Source: Cyanophora paradoxa CCMP329 (Eukaryota > Plantae > Glaucophyta). From it: DNA of 64,000 bases. Shown one piece after another: positions 44,801 to 56,800 of this stretch. A program made the translations under genes and the position numbers. Positions within the stretch are counted from its first letter, which is position 1; every line of letters begins with the position of its first letter. The stretch is from assembly GCA_004431415.1 (NCBI GenBank), contig QPMI01000603.1, forward strand, positions 186,001 to 250,000, read 5' to 3'. The notes below the pieces were generated by a model. That model had not been told where the DNA came from. It did no database searches and saw only the letters and a list, made by a program, of their open reading frames with translations.

Positions 44801-47800
44801 GCGCGCAGGGCGAGGGCGTGCTCCCTGGCTTGGCCGGAAGCAGGCCATCGTGAAGTGCGCGCACTTTTTGCGGAGACTCGAAATCTGCGCGAAACCGGTG
44901 ACCATCGCGCAAAAAGAGACTTGCGCGGGCCGCTGTTGCCATGGGAAGTCGGGGTTTGCGCAATTAAGCGTAAACCGAGTTTTGCGCCGACGGAATGAAT
45001 AGAAGAGAAGCCAGAGCGCCAACTGCCTACCTTAGCTAGAAGGACCGAGCGACCGGACCGGCCTAAGCGACGGGTCCGGGCCTCGAGCACGGTATAGCAG
45101 AATTCGAGTTCTGCACCGACTCCGGGGAGAACTCAGAATTTGATTCGGTCGCGCCCTGAGGCGAACGAAGGCCGGGGTACGGCCATTCCTTCGGCTGCCC
45201 TTCGGCATAACTTCGTCCTTGGTTGCCAGCTTGACCAGGCACCCAGCGGCGAAGCGAAATCGCCACAGCCAGTTCATACCACCTGCGTTCAGCATGACGC
45301 AGCCGAACGCACCCGAATCGGCGATTCCGCCGACCGGCCACGCCAGCCTGCAGTGGAGCAAGCTAGCTCAGCGCTTCTTCTCCAAATCCCCTGCGGCGGG
45401 CGCGATCCAGCGAACCTTGCTCGATCCGTGGCCTGACGGCGTTCAGTCTTCCTGGATGATGCCCTGGCAGTCCGACGGATCCTCTCAGTCGCTCTTGGAC
45501 TCTTACAACTGGGGCTTCCTAAAGCCCGGTACGCTCGTTCTCGGCCCGGCCGCCCGTCGGTTAGAAGATCTTCGACCGGCTATCTCGGGGCCGTGCCGCA
45601 ACCGCGGCCATGCACTTAGAACCCTAGCCCGAGCACTATCTCAGAAGAGTCTCGCTCGTTTAAGTGTCTGAGCCCGACAGCCCTTCCTTTTCTTTGTTTT
45701 CCCCTTCTCGATTCCGTCGCGACGCACACTTACGCATCTCGCGCATGGCCTCGCGACGGCTGGGTCGACGCGGCGATGACGGGCGCGACGAACTCCGCCT
45801 CGAAGCCGCCCCGACCACACCCGCGCCGCCATGCCCTGCCTGACATGCCGGCGGCGCGGCGCAGATGACGGCGGCCACCGAGCGAGAGAGCCAAAAACGG
45901 TGGCGCTCCAGGACCTCGGCGGCCGCCATCATCATACCTTGCGCGGTGTCCCGGCAGAGCCCGGCGCGCACACCGGCAGGAAGGCGGAGCGGCTCGCGGC
46001 CGGCGCGCCGGCGAGCCCCGCAGAGCGTCGAGGCACGACTGCGTGCTCCGCTTTCTTCCCCTGTGCGATGTCCCGGCGGAGCCCGGCGCGTACATCGACA
46101 GGAAGGCGGCGAGACCCACCGGCGCGCCGGGGTCTCCCGCGGGACGTCGAGGCACGGGTCGCGTGCTCCGTCCCACCTCGCGCAGTGCCCCGGCGGAGAC
46201 CGGCGCGTGCACTGGCGAGAAGGCGGAGAGGCTCGCGGCCGGCGCGCCGGCGAACCCCGCAGAGCGTCCAGGCACGCCCGCGTGCTCCGCTCCCCTCCTT
46301 TTTTCCCTGTGTGATGTCCCGGCGGAGCCCGGCGCGTACATCGACAGGAAGGCGGCGAGACCCACCGGCGCGCCGGCGGGCCCCGCGGGACGTAGATGCA
46401 CGGGCCGCGTGCTCCGTCCCACCTCGCGCAGTGCCCCGGCAGAGCCCGGCGCGCGCACTGGCGAGAAGGCGGAGAAGCTCGCGCCCGGCACGCCGGCGAG
46501 CCCCGCGGGACGTTGAGTCACAGTTACGTGCTCCGTCCTCTCCCGCGCGGTGCCCCGGCGGAGCCCGGCGCGCGCACCGGCGAGGCAGCGGCGTTCCCCG
46601 TCGGCTCCGACGGCAGACCCCGCGAGAGTCGACGCGCGCCGCACCGCGCTCCTCTATCTAGCCTCCCCGCCCCTCCCCCGCCACGCCGCAGCCGCAACAC
46701 ACCGGCTGACACGGCCCCGCGCAGATAAGGACGCCGGCAGCGGCAGCAAGGCGATGAGCGTGTCCGCCTCCATGATCATCGACTACTGGCGCCACGCGCC
46801 CGAACCGCATCGCCTCCTCTTCTGCGGCGACTGCGCGACGACGGTGGGGATCTTCCCCCCGTTCCTCTCCAGCGGCACGCTCGACGGCGGTCTCATGGTG
46901 GGCCGCCCCCGTCACGCCTGCATGACCCCCCGCTCGCTTATTAACCGACGGCCTGACAGTCTCGCCCGGCGGACGCGTCAACCATGCTGGTCACTTCTCT
47001 CGTCCCGATCATCGCTTTCGCGGTCGACGAGGCTAGTTTCTACGCCGTCGCCCCGTGTTCTTCCGACCCCACCAGCCCTGGCTACATGTCCGCATGCCCC
47101 GCCTCTCGACGTCACGCGTTAACCGCGATCGCCAGCGACTACTCGGAGGTGCGCGACTCGGTTCCGCGGGAGCTGTTCAACGAGGCGGTACTCCGCTTCG
47201 GCGAGTCGGCCGCCGTACTCCTGGCTACCTTCGGCGCCACCTGCCTCGAGGTCACGGAGTTCTACGGCTACAAGTACGGCACCATCCCTGTCGGCCTCCC
47301 GCGAGGGTTCCCGATTTACTACGACGACATTCCGTGCCGGTACGCCACTCCTCGCTCACCGTGCCGCGCCCCTCACCCTCCACAGTGACTGGGCGGCCCT
47401 CGAACCCTGGGAAAAAGTGACGGCGCTCGGTGCGCTCACTCAGCTCTACGCCTGGTCCCCCGAGTCAGTCCCCAAGTACTCCAAGACGGCGGTAGCCGAC
47501 GCCCACGGCTGGCTCCGGCCCTTGCTTGTCACCTTCATCGAGAAAAGCAAGGCGCTCTCCCGCGATCACCGCAAGATCCTGCGCAACGACATCGTCGCCG
47601 CCTTCGGCCTGGCCCCCGGTCCGGCCCGCGTCTCTCCAAAACGCGAGTGGCCGGCATCTCTTCCGGGCGGCCTGACAGTCGGCACCGTCCCCTTCGGAAA
47701 AGTCCGCCCGCCGCGCGCTCGCTGCACGCCAGCGCACTCAGCGGTCGCCCGCTTCGCAGGGGGGGGGGGGGGGGGGGGGCTACGTCGGGAGGAGACTCTC

Positions 47801-50800
47801 GACACCACCTACCTACTACTTCACCATACCTAGTCCTCGAGAAACTTACCTGATCTACTCTTAGCCTCGCACACACTAGATATAGCCGCCCCGACCGACT
47901 CGCTGGGCCCGCCCAAGCGAGCGCCTGCCTTGCCTCCCTCTCCCGCTCTGCCCTCCCGCTCGCTCTCTTGGCCCTGCCTCCCATTCACGACCTCGCCCGC
48001 GCTCCTCGCGCCTCGACAGGGAGGGAACGATGGATCGGAAGGCTTGGCGGAAGGCTTCGGCTGGTCGTTGCACCCACCAGATACCCCGGCCATCGTGCCA
48101 GGACCGTGGGTTGAAGGACCGCCGCGGAGGGGGCTCGCAATTGCCCGCGGCGGGGGTGCGGCGGCTGGTTCGAGGCTGGAAGCCCTGCTGACCGAGAAAT
48201 CCGACCCTCCCCCTCCCCGCCACGGCCGGCGCCGACCTTCTCCGTCCCGCCCCACTTCTTCCCCGCAACGTCCCCCCTCGCCTCATTCCCTCGGCCCCTC
48301 TACGCCGACGTGCTTCCACCCGCGCTTCGGGCGAGCGGCCCCTCGACGCGGAGCCCGCCGCGCTAGCTGTAGTCGCGGCCGCGTCGAGAGTAGGCAGATT
48401 AGACCGCGGGTCCGTCCTGGCTTTCCTACCGTACAGTAGAACAGCCCGCGAGCTCCGGACGTCCCGACGGTCCCTAGGCAGGCAGCACTAGCAGTAGTAG
48501 TGTTTTAATTTACCTCCCTCTCGTAGACCCTGGGTAGTCCTCTCGGTAGCCTAGTCCTAAGCTAGGCTAGATGTATAGGTAGTAGCTCTCTGCTCTGGGT
48601 TAGCTTTGCTTTAGTTTACGTCTCCTTGACTAGCTCCACCCTGTCCGATGGCTGATAGGTTCCCTACCCGGCGTAACCAGTAGGCTCATCTTTCGACTTG
48701 ACACTTTACGGACTCCTCAGTTCTATCATTAGCCGTATTGTCTCGGTGTGTGCGAATTCACTAATGGGCCCGCTTCGCAGTTCTCGTTCGCCGACTTCTC
48801 TCGCGCTTGCGGCTTCCACCCGGCCCACTGGGACGCCTCCGCGGTGCTGCGCGACTGGGACCAGCCGGCCCACAAGGCCGTCAGCCTGTACTTCCCCCAC
48901 ATCTTGAAGGCGGCGGAGGCCGCGCGAAAACGCCGCGGCGCCGCGGCCTCGGGCGACGCCGACGCTGCCACCGCCGCCACCGCCAGCGCACCCCCAGCGG
49001 ACCCCAAGTCGGTCCGCGCACACATTACCCCCTCTCGCCTCGCCCACGCTCGCTGCCGATGCTTCTTTTTTCGCGGGCAGCGAGCACGGGCTCCGAAGGT
49101 GGCACATGGAGCGGCCGCGGCCCCTCGGCACCCCTCCGGCCCAGAAGCGCGCCGGTGCGCTACCCACCCCCGCTCATTTTTTACCGCCGCCCACCCCGCC
49201 GCGCAGGGGCAGCCCCGCCCACCGGCCTCGCTCCTCCGCGCCGCCCGCGCCTGCCAAGCCGGCGGCTGCGGCCGGGAACACCGACACCGCCGACGCGGAC
49301 GCGGACGACGACGTCGACCGCCCGCGCGCCTCGCGGTCGACCCGCCCGCCTAAGCGGACCAAGGCGACCGAGGCCTCGGCCCCGAAGGCCCCCCGGCGCC
49401 CGCAGACTCAGCCGACGAAGGCGGCGAGTCAGACGCCCCGCCTTCACCCGCCGAGGAGGCGGAAGCACAGGCCCCGCCACCCAAACCCGCCAAGAGCCGC
49501 AAGGCCAAGACCGGTCCGTCCACGCGCCCGCTGGCCTCCCCGGCGGCTCACCCCGCCTAGGCGACCCCCTTGAGATTCGCCTGGCCCGACTTTCTGACCC
49601 GGCCCACTTCACCGCAGCCGACCGCGACAAGGCCCTGCAGTTCGCCGAGACCCGCGACCTTCCCACGCCGAACCCGGCCCCGCGGTCTCCGACCTGCCGC
49701 CCGTTCCGCCGGCCAACCCGCAGGCGCTCGCGGCGTCCATGCTGCAAGCCGGCCTCGCCAGCATGGCCGGCGGCGGCCCGCCTCCCCCGTTCTGGCCCGC
49801 GGGAGTTCCGTCCCGTTCCTGCAGCACCAGCAGCAGCCCCGCTACTCGGCCGCTTCCACGGTCACGCCAGCGGGCTGGGTCGTCCAGGCGCCCCCGCATT
49901 TCGCGGCTCCCTGGCCCTCCCCCGGCACCGCCAACCACGGCGCCGGCATGTTCCCGGGCTTCGGGGGCCCGCAGACCGACTGGTTCGGCCCCGCCGACCC
50001 CGGCTTCCGGATGCCGCCCGCCGGCCCGCAGCTCCCGCCCCGGCAGGCCGCTCCCCACACCGCCGCGCCACTCGCCGCCGGCCCCCGTGGGGTCCCGCCG
50101 CCCGCTCCGGCAGCCGCGGGGCCACCCAGGCCGCGCAGAAGCTCGCCCCGCCCGCCGCCGCAGCGCCGACAGAGCAGCCCCCGACCTCATCCTCCACCCG
50201 CGCCCGACCGTTCGTCCCAGCGACGCGGAGATGGAGGACGAGGCGGAATCCGACGCCCCCGGCGACGAACCCGCCGGCGAGGACGACTGGGCCGGCGACT
50301 GGGACTCGGACGACACCTCGACGCCGCAGGACGCCAGTCCCCACGTCGACGCTCCCTCCGAGTCCGGTACGGACTCGTGGCCGCCGCAGCCCAAACCCTC
50401 CCTCCGTCACACTGACCCGGGATCGTGCAGAATCCGCTGCCCCAGTGTACAGCGGCAAGGCGACGCGCGGCCACGCCAAGGAGAAGGCTCCCCTCGGTCC
50501 GCGCTGATTGTTTTCCGCGGTCGGCCACAGCCCGGCCGACATGCCTTTTTGCAGAGGCTCCGGCCCCCAAGAAGGCGCGCGGCGACGACAAGGCGAAGGG
50601 CGCCACCGCCCAGGCCAAGGCGACGGCGGCAGAGAAGGCCGCGCCACCGGCCGAGCCCCCCTCGTCTACGAGGGCCTCCCCGAGCTCACGCTGCGCGAGA
50701 CGGCCTTCGCCAAGCTCAACATTCCTCCACGGCGGTCGACAACTCCGCCCGCGTCACGGACTTGGCCGCCCGTATCAAGGAAATCGAGTCGTGCTTCGAC

Positions 50801-53800
50801 AACGCCGTCTTCCCCGGCGACAGTCAGCAGCGACCCTTCCCCGACGAGCGCATCACCACGGCTCTTGCCAAGTACGGCATCGCCTGCATGCGCGATCTGG
50901 CGCGCTTCTCCCACGGCCTGGTGCTGCGCGACATGGGCAACTCGGAACTCCGCCAGGCCATCGCGGCGTTCGACCAGGTCGGCGACGTCATCAACCGCCT
51001 ACCCGGCGGCCCGACCGGCCCCTCGGCCAACTCCTGACGGACTGGAACGCCCTCACCCGCCCGGTCTACAAGAAGCTTCGGGACATCGCCCAGACGTCGG
51101 CGGTGCTCCAGGCCTGCCTCGAGGACGACCCGCTCTTCAAGCGTCTCCTCAAGCGGCTGCAAGACAGCGTGAGCGCGTGGACGGAGCCACGGGAGCTACT
51201 GTCGTCCTACGGCCGGACGAGCCGCAAGCGGAGCTCCTTCTTCATGATGCCACCGCTCGCTCGCACGGAGCTTCCGCAGCCCCGCCCGGACAAGGCCCCA
51301 CTCGCCCCACACTCTCCCATGCGGCGCTCTTCTCCCAGGCCTCGCAGGCCGGTCCGTCCGCCCCACCTGCTCCTCCGCCCGGACCGACCCTCGGTCAGCC
51401 CACTCCTACGGCGGCGTCGCGACCTTCTCCTACGACGACGACGGTGACGTCGAGGACCCCGGCTCCGGCGGGCCAACCCACCGCGGCCAGCAGCGCGGGC
51501 GCGCCTGGAAGCAGGCCCGGCGGCAGTACGGGACTGCCCAGCCGGCCCAGCCCCAACCCCACCACCGTCAGCGGGGCGGAGGCCGCGGCGGCGCCGTCCA
51601 GCGGCCCCCCGGCGCAAGCCGCAGCCGCCGACCGACGGCTGAGCCGCTTCCACTCCTGGCGCGGGTGTTTGCGGCGACACCCCTCCGGCGGCTGCCGCCG
51701 ACCGCAAGGGGCCCCCGTGCCAGCCGTTCCCCCCGCCACGACCCTTCCAGTAGACTGTGACCAGTCGCGTCCGCCGCCTGTACCGCTGTCTGTACCCTCG
51801 AGTACACCGCGTGTCTTTGTGCGCGACCCATTCGCAAAATTGCGAGCACTCGTAGCTGCACACGGGGACCCCGGCCCGTACGATTTCGCGGCGGCCGCAC
51901 AGAAGTTTCGGGCGGGGCAACTCCAGCATTACGCGCATGCCTGGCGGGCTTACTTCCGGCGGGCTGACACGACGGTCCCCTCGTGGGTGGGCCTCATCCT
52001 GCGCAAAGGCTTGCGCCTCCCACTCCAGCACGCCGACGGCACGCCGGCAGCGTCGTTAGCAGACATTCCCCGCACGCGCGCCGAGGGCCCACGCCCCTCG
52101 TGCCACCGGACCCCAGAACACGAAGCCTTCGTGGACAGCGAGGTCGCGGCGATGCTGCGCCTCGGCGTCACCCGCCTTGCCACCGAGGAAGACGAACAGC
52201 TCGTCGTTAACGAGTCTTCGCTCTTGGTGGTCGACAAGGCCGGCCCAGACAAGTTCCGCCTGTGCCTCGACGCCACCCCGTGAACCCGTTCATCCGCTTG
52301 CCGACGTTCGGTACCAAACACTGGACGAGGTTGCGTCCTACCTCACCCCCGGCTGCTGGCTCGTGAAGTTCGACCTTAAAAAAGGCTACTATCACATCGC
52401 CCTGAACAAGGACACCCAGCGCCTCCTGGCGTTCCGTTGGCGCGGCAAACTCTACATTTACCAGGCCCTTTGCTTCGGCGTGAACATCGCCTGCTTCGCC
52501 TTCACGAAGGTCACGCGCGCCTTTGCCAAGTACTGGGCAGCGCTGGGCGTGAAGCTCTGCACGTACATCGACGACGGCCTGTTCATCTGCCCGTCGCGCG
52601 AAATCGCGGAGCTCGTCTCCCAGCACCTACGTGCTTGCGCGCCCGAGCTAGGCATTACGTTCTCGGAAAAGTCCGACTTCACACCGACCCAGTGCACCGA
52701 GTACCTCGGCATCGAGATCGACGTCCGTCCCGACCGCGGCGTTTTCGCGGTGACCCCGAAGAAGGTCGCAAAAACGCTCGCCCGCCTCGCCGGCGTCCTC
52801 GACCGGGCGCCCGGCCCCCGCGGCCTCACGGCGTCGGCTCGCGATCTGCAAAAGCTGGCGGGCTCACTCATCGCGCTGCGCATGGCGTTCCCGGCCGTTC
52901 GTCTCATGACTCGGCCACTTTTCGGCCTCATGTCGACCTCGGACGCCCTCGCCGACCCTTCAATCAGTTGGCCGTCACCATCGAAGGCCCAGCACTCGAC
53001 TGCCTCCGCTGGCTCCAAGCGGCCCTCCAACGCCCGGAGCGCCCGGCGCACCCCATCTGGACGCCTCGGACCTTCTTCCGGCTGTTCACGGACGCCTCCG
53101 GCTACGGCTACGCCGCCTTCCTCGATCAGCTCGAGTCCGCCGACCCCACGGCCGTCCGCCAACGCCCCGCGTGGTCCGTCTTCGGCACCTTCCCCCCGAA
53201 CTCCGCGCGAGCGAGGGCCCCATGCGGCGCGGCGAGACCAGCAGCAACGAACGCGAGCTTCGCGCGATCGTGGCCGCCGCGGACGAGCTCTTCCCGCCCT
53301 TCCGGTGGGTGCGCACGTTCTCATCCGCTGCGACAACCGCTCCGCCGTCGCGGCAGTCGCTCGGGGCGGCGGTTCGGCCCGCCTCTTTGACCTGAGCGCT
53401 CGCCTCTGGCACCGCTGCGCGGCTCTCGGCGTCTCGATCTCCGCCCGCCATTTGCCCGGCGCGGCCAACGTCTTCGCCGACCGCGGTTCCCGCGACGGCG
53501 CTCGCGCCCCGTCGCTGCATCGGGCCCTCCTCTCGCGGTGCCGCACGCACCTAGACGCCCCGCTTGCCGAGCACCACCACGTCGCCTTCGAGGACGATCC
53601 GTGGCTTGGCAGCGTCCGCGCGAGCGCCCCGACCGTCCTTACGGTCGACTCCCGGCTGCGCGCGGCCCTGATCGCTTCCCTCCGACGCTTCCCAGCGTCC
53701 GGCCCTCTGGGCCTCCTGCTCCCTCCCAGCCCAGCACCACCTGGTCGGTGGCCCTCGGGAGCTTCGCCTCACCCCCGCCCCGCCGCCGTCACCTCTTTCC

Positions 53801-56800
53801 CGCTTTCTAGCCTCCCGTCCCACATCTTCTACTCTGGGCGCATCGGCCTCGGCTCCTCCCGCTGGCCCCTGGAACTGACCTTCTGGCAGTAACCCCGGCG
53901 CCCGCGGAGGCGGAGCTCGCGGCCTGGCAGGGGGCGGCCTTCGCCCCCGGCACGTCAGCGGGCCAACGGCGGGCGGCCCGCCGCTACTTCGAGTTCGTTG
54001 AGTGCCACGGCCTCGCGCCGGACGCAGAACGGTCCATCCTCCTCTTCCTGGCCGACGCGGCCACCCAGCGACGCCGCCATTCCGGAAAAGACCTCGCGGC
54101 GAGCACCGTTAAAGGCCTCGCCGCCCACGTGTGGCGCGAACTCAAACTTCGCGGCCTCGTCGACCCCACCAGACCCCGCTCGTTCATGTACTCGACCGCA
54201 TGGAGAGGCATGCAGGCCCGCCTGGGCCGCCCCGTAGCGCAACGCCGCGCCTTCTTGCCCGGCGACCTGCGCGCGTGGTTGACCACCCCATCGTTCCTGT
54301 CACGCGCCCTCCCCGGCGCCTCCGCGACGCCACCGTCCTCGCGACCGGCATCGCGGGCTTCCTCCGGGGAGCGGAGCTGGTGGCGCTGCGGGTCGACGAC
54401 CTCGAATTCTCACTCCTCCCTTCCCCCGCATCGCCCTCCACATCCGGCGCTCCAAAACCGACAGGACCGCCCACGGCGCGGTGGTTTACCTCACCCCGGG
54501 CAAATGCCCCGCCTCGTGCCCCGTCCGCCTGCTGTGCGCGTACGTCGCGAGCACGGCGGTGCAGGCGGCGCCCGGGACCCCCCTCTTCCCCCGCCTCTCC
54601 GATCCCGCCGCGGCCATCACCGTTGGTTTCGTCCGCCGCCTCGTGAAAGAGGCCGCGGAGGCCATCGGCTACGACCCGACCGACTTCTCGGGCCACAGCT
54701 TGCGCCGCGGTGGCGCGACGGCCGCGGCCCGCCGGGGCCTCCCGGCCACTTGGATCCGACGGCATGGCCGCTGGGCACTGTACTCTTCCGTGCCCCAAGG
54801 ATATATTGAGGACTACCTCTTTCATCTGTCCTCCGACCTGGCCGACCTCGGCTTTTGAGCCGGCGCCGCCGGCGCCTCTCTCACCCGCGGCCGGCCCCTA
54901 CATAATGTTCACTAGGAGTGTGACACCATTGTAGCCCTGACTCTTTATAATACAATTTTGTCTCTTCGAACCCGCTTGGTCTGCGCGGCACCCTCAGAGA
55001 CCTTCCCGACGCTCTTTCAACTGGCTGTGACCTGACTCTTGTTTGGTAGGGGTACAGCACTCGTGCGATGTTTTCACGCACAATCGCCACCCCGCGCCTC
55101 GGCGGCGGTACCCGGGACCGCTTACCGGCCCGGGTAGAATCGCGTACCCCGCGCCGGGGTACAGCATTCGCCCCGCCAGGCCCCGTCAGGCGTGGCTCGA
55201 GCTGAACGCGTACCCTGCTCAGGGGTACGCCAAAACCTCCGCCTCGGCCACGAGAATCCGGTACCCGCCGCACGGGTACGGGATTACTCAGCCTTACCGC
55301 CGCTCCGGTCCGGAGCAGGGGTAAGCTTTCACCCGCCTCCGGAAGGAAGCGGCCGAAAGAGCATAAGGCGACCCGCCCTGGTCGGTCGCCGACGTGTTAT
55401 CCCCACGTTAGGTCTCGGGAAAGCAGCATCCAGCTGCCGTACCTTCAGGGCCACTCCCGATGCGCTATACCGTGCATCCCTTTAGAATAGTCGTAGGCAA
55501 GTTAGGCTAGCTAGGCTTCTCTGATTCCGAATGAAGCGAGGCGTAAATCGGGGTTTGCGCAATTAAGCGTAAACCGAGTTTTGCGCCGACGGAATGAATA
55601 GAAGAGAAGCCAGAGCGCCAACTGCCTACCTTAGCTAGAAGGACCGAGCGACCGGACCGGCCTAAGCGACGGGTCCGGGCCTCGAGCACGGTATAGCAGA
55701 ATTCGAGTTCTGCACCGACTCCGGGGAGAACTCAGAATTTGATTCGGTCGCGCCCTGAGGCGAACGAAGGCCGGGGTACGGCCATTCCTTCGGCTGCCCT
55801 TCGGCATAACTTCGTCCTTGGTTGCCAGCTTGACCAGGCACCCAGCGGCGAAGCGAAATCGCTCCCGCCCTCCTCCCCGCGTTTTCACAATCGGCTGTTT
55901 GTGGATGCGACGGCTCTATCCTTTTCCAACGCGCTACGAGTATCCGTAGAATACTCTGGCAATCTTGGTAGGGGTACAGCACTCGTGCGATGTTTTCACG
56001 CACAATCGCCACCCCGCGCCTCGGCGGCGGTACCCGGGACCGCTTACCGGCCCGGGTAGAATCGCGTACCCCGCGCCGGGGTACAGCATTCGCCCCGCCA
56101 GGCCCCGTCAGGCGTGGCTCGAGCTGAACGCGTACCCTGCTCAGGGGTACGCCAAAACCTCCGCCTCGGCCACGAGAATCCGGTACCCGCCGCATGGGTA
56201 CGGGATTACTCAGCCTTACCGCCGCTCCGGTCCGGAGCAGGGGTAAGCTTTCACCCGCCTCCGGAAGGAAGCGGCCGAAAGAGCATAAGGCGACCCGCCC
56301 TGGTCGGTCGCCGACGTGTTATCCCCACGTTAGGTCTCGGGAAAGCAGCATCCAGCTGCCGTACCTTCAGGGCCACTCCCGATGCGCTATACCGTGCATC
56401 CCTTTAGAATAGTCGTAGGCAAGTTAGGCTAGCTAGGCTTCTCTGATTCCGAATGAAGCGAGGCGTAAAGCGTCTTATCGAGAGGGGGGCACGACCGTGA
56501 CGTGGGGCCTGGCGGTGCGCGCAGGTGTGTGTCGCGATCGCGATCCCGATCTCGGTGCGCGCGACGACGAGATCGGCGGTCTCGCTCGTCCTTGCCCAGG
56601 CGTGGCCGCGAAGTGTGATGCCGTGATTGCAGAGAACCTGCGGGCCACCTACACTGCGCGCGCCCCGAGGGGCACCACTGACCTGGGAGGACGAGTTGGT
56701 CCGCGTGCAACTCATCGCCGGGCGCCGAGATGGAGTTGAGCTGAAGGCCTCCCGCGGCAGGACCGGCGCGACGGAGGTAGCGAGTTAGAAACTCGCGAGG

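Larger units (their letters stand above)
44949..56469 (+). mobile_element. Tyrosine-recombinase retrotransposon 2 (split direct repeats), nested in element 1
   Basis: A1 44949-45263, B1 55043-55547, A2 55548-55862, 102-bp spacer, B2 55965-56469. AAG occurs at both junctions. Confidence 0.92.

Noticed and set aside
39100-54860. Programmed frameshifting in RT/YR ORFs
   Set aside because: The shifts fall at different places in the two elements and often at homopolymers, so decay or sequencing error is more likely.
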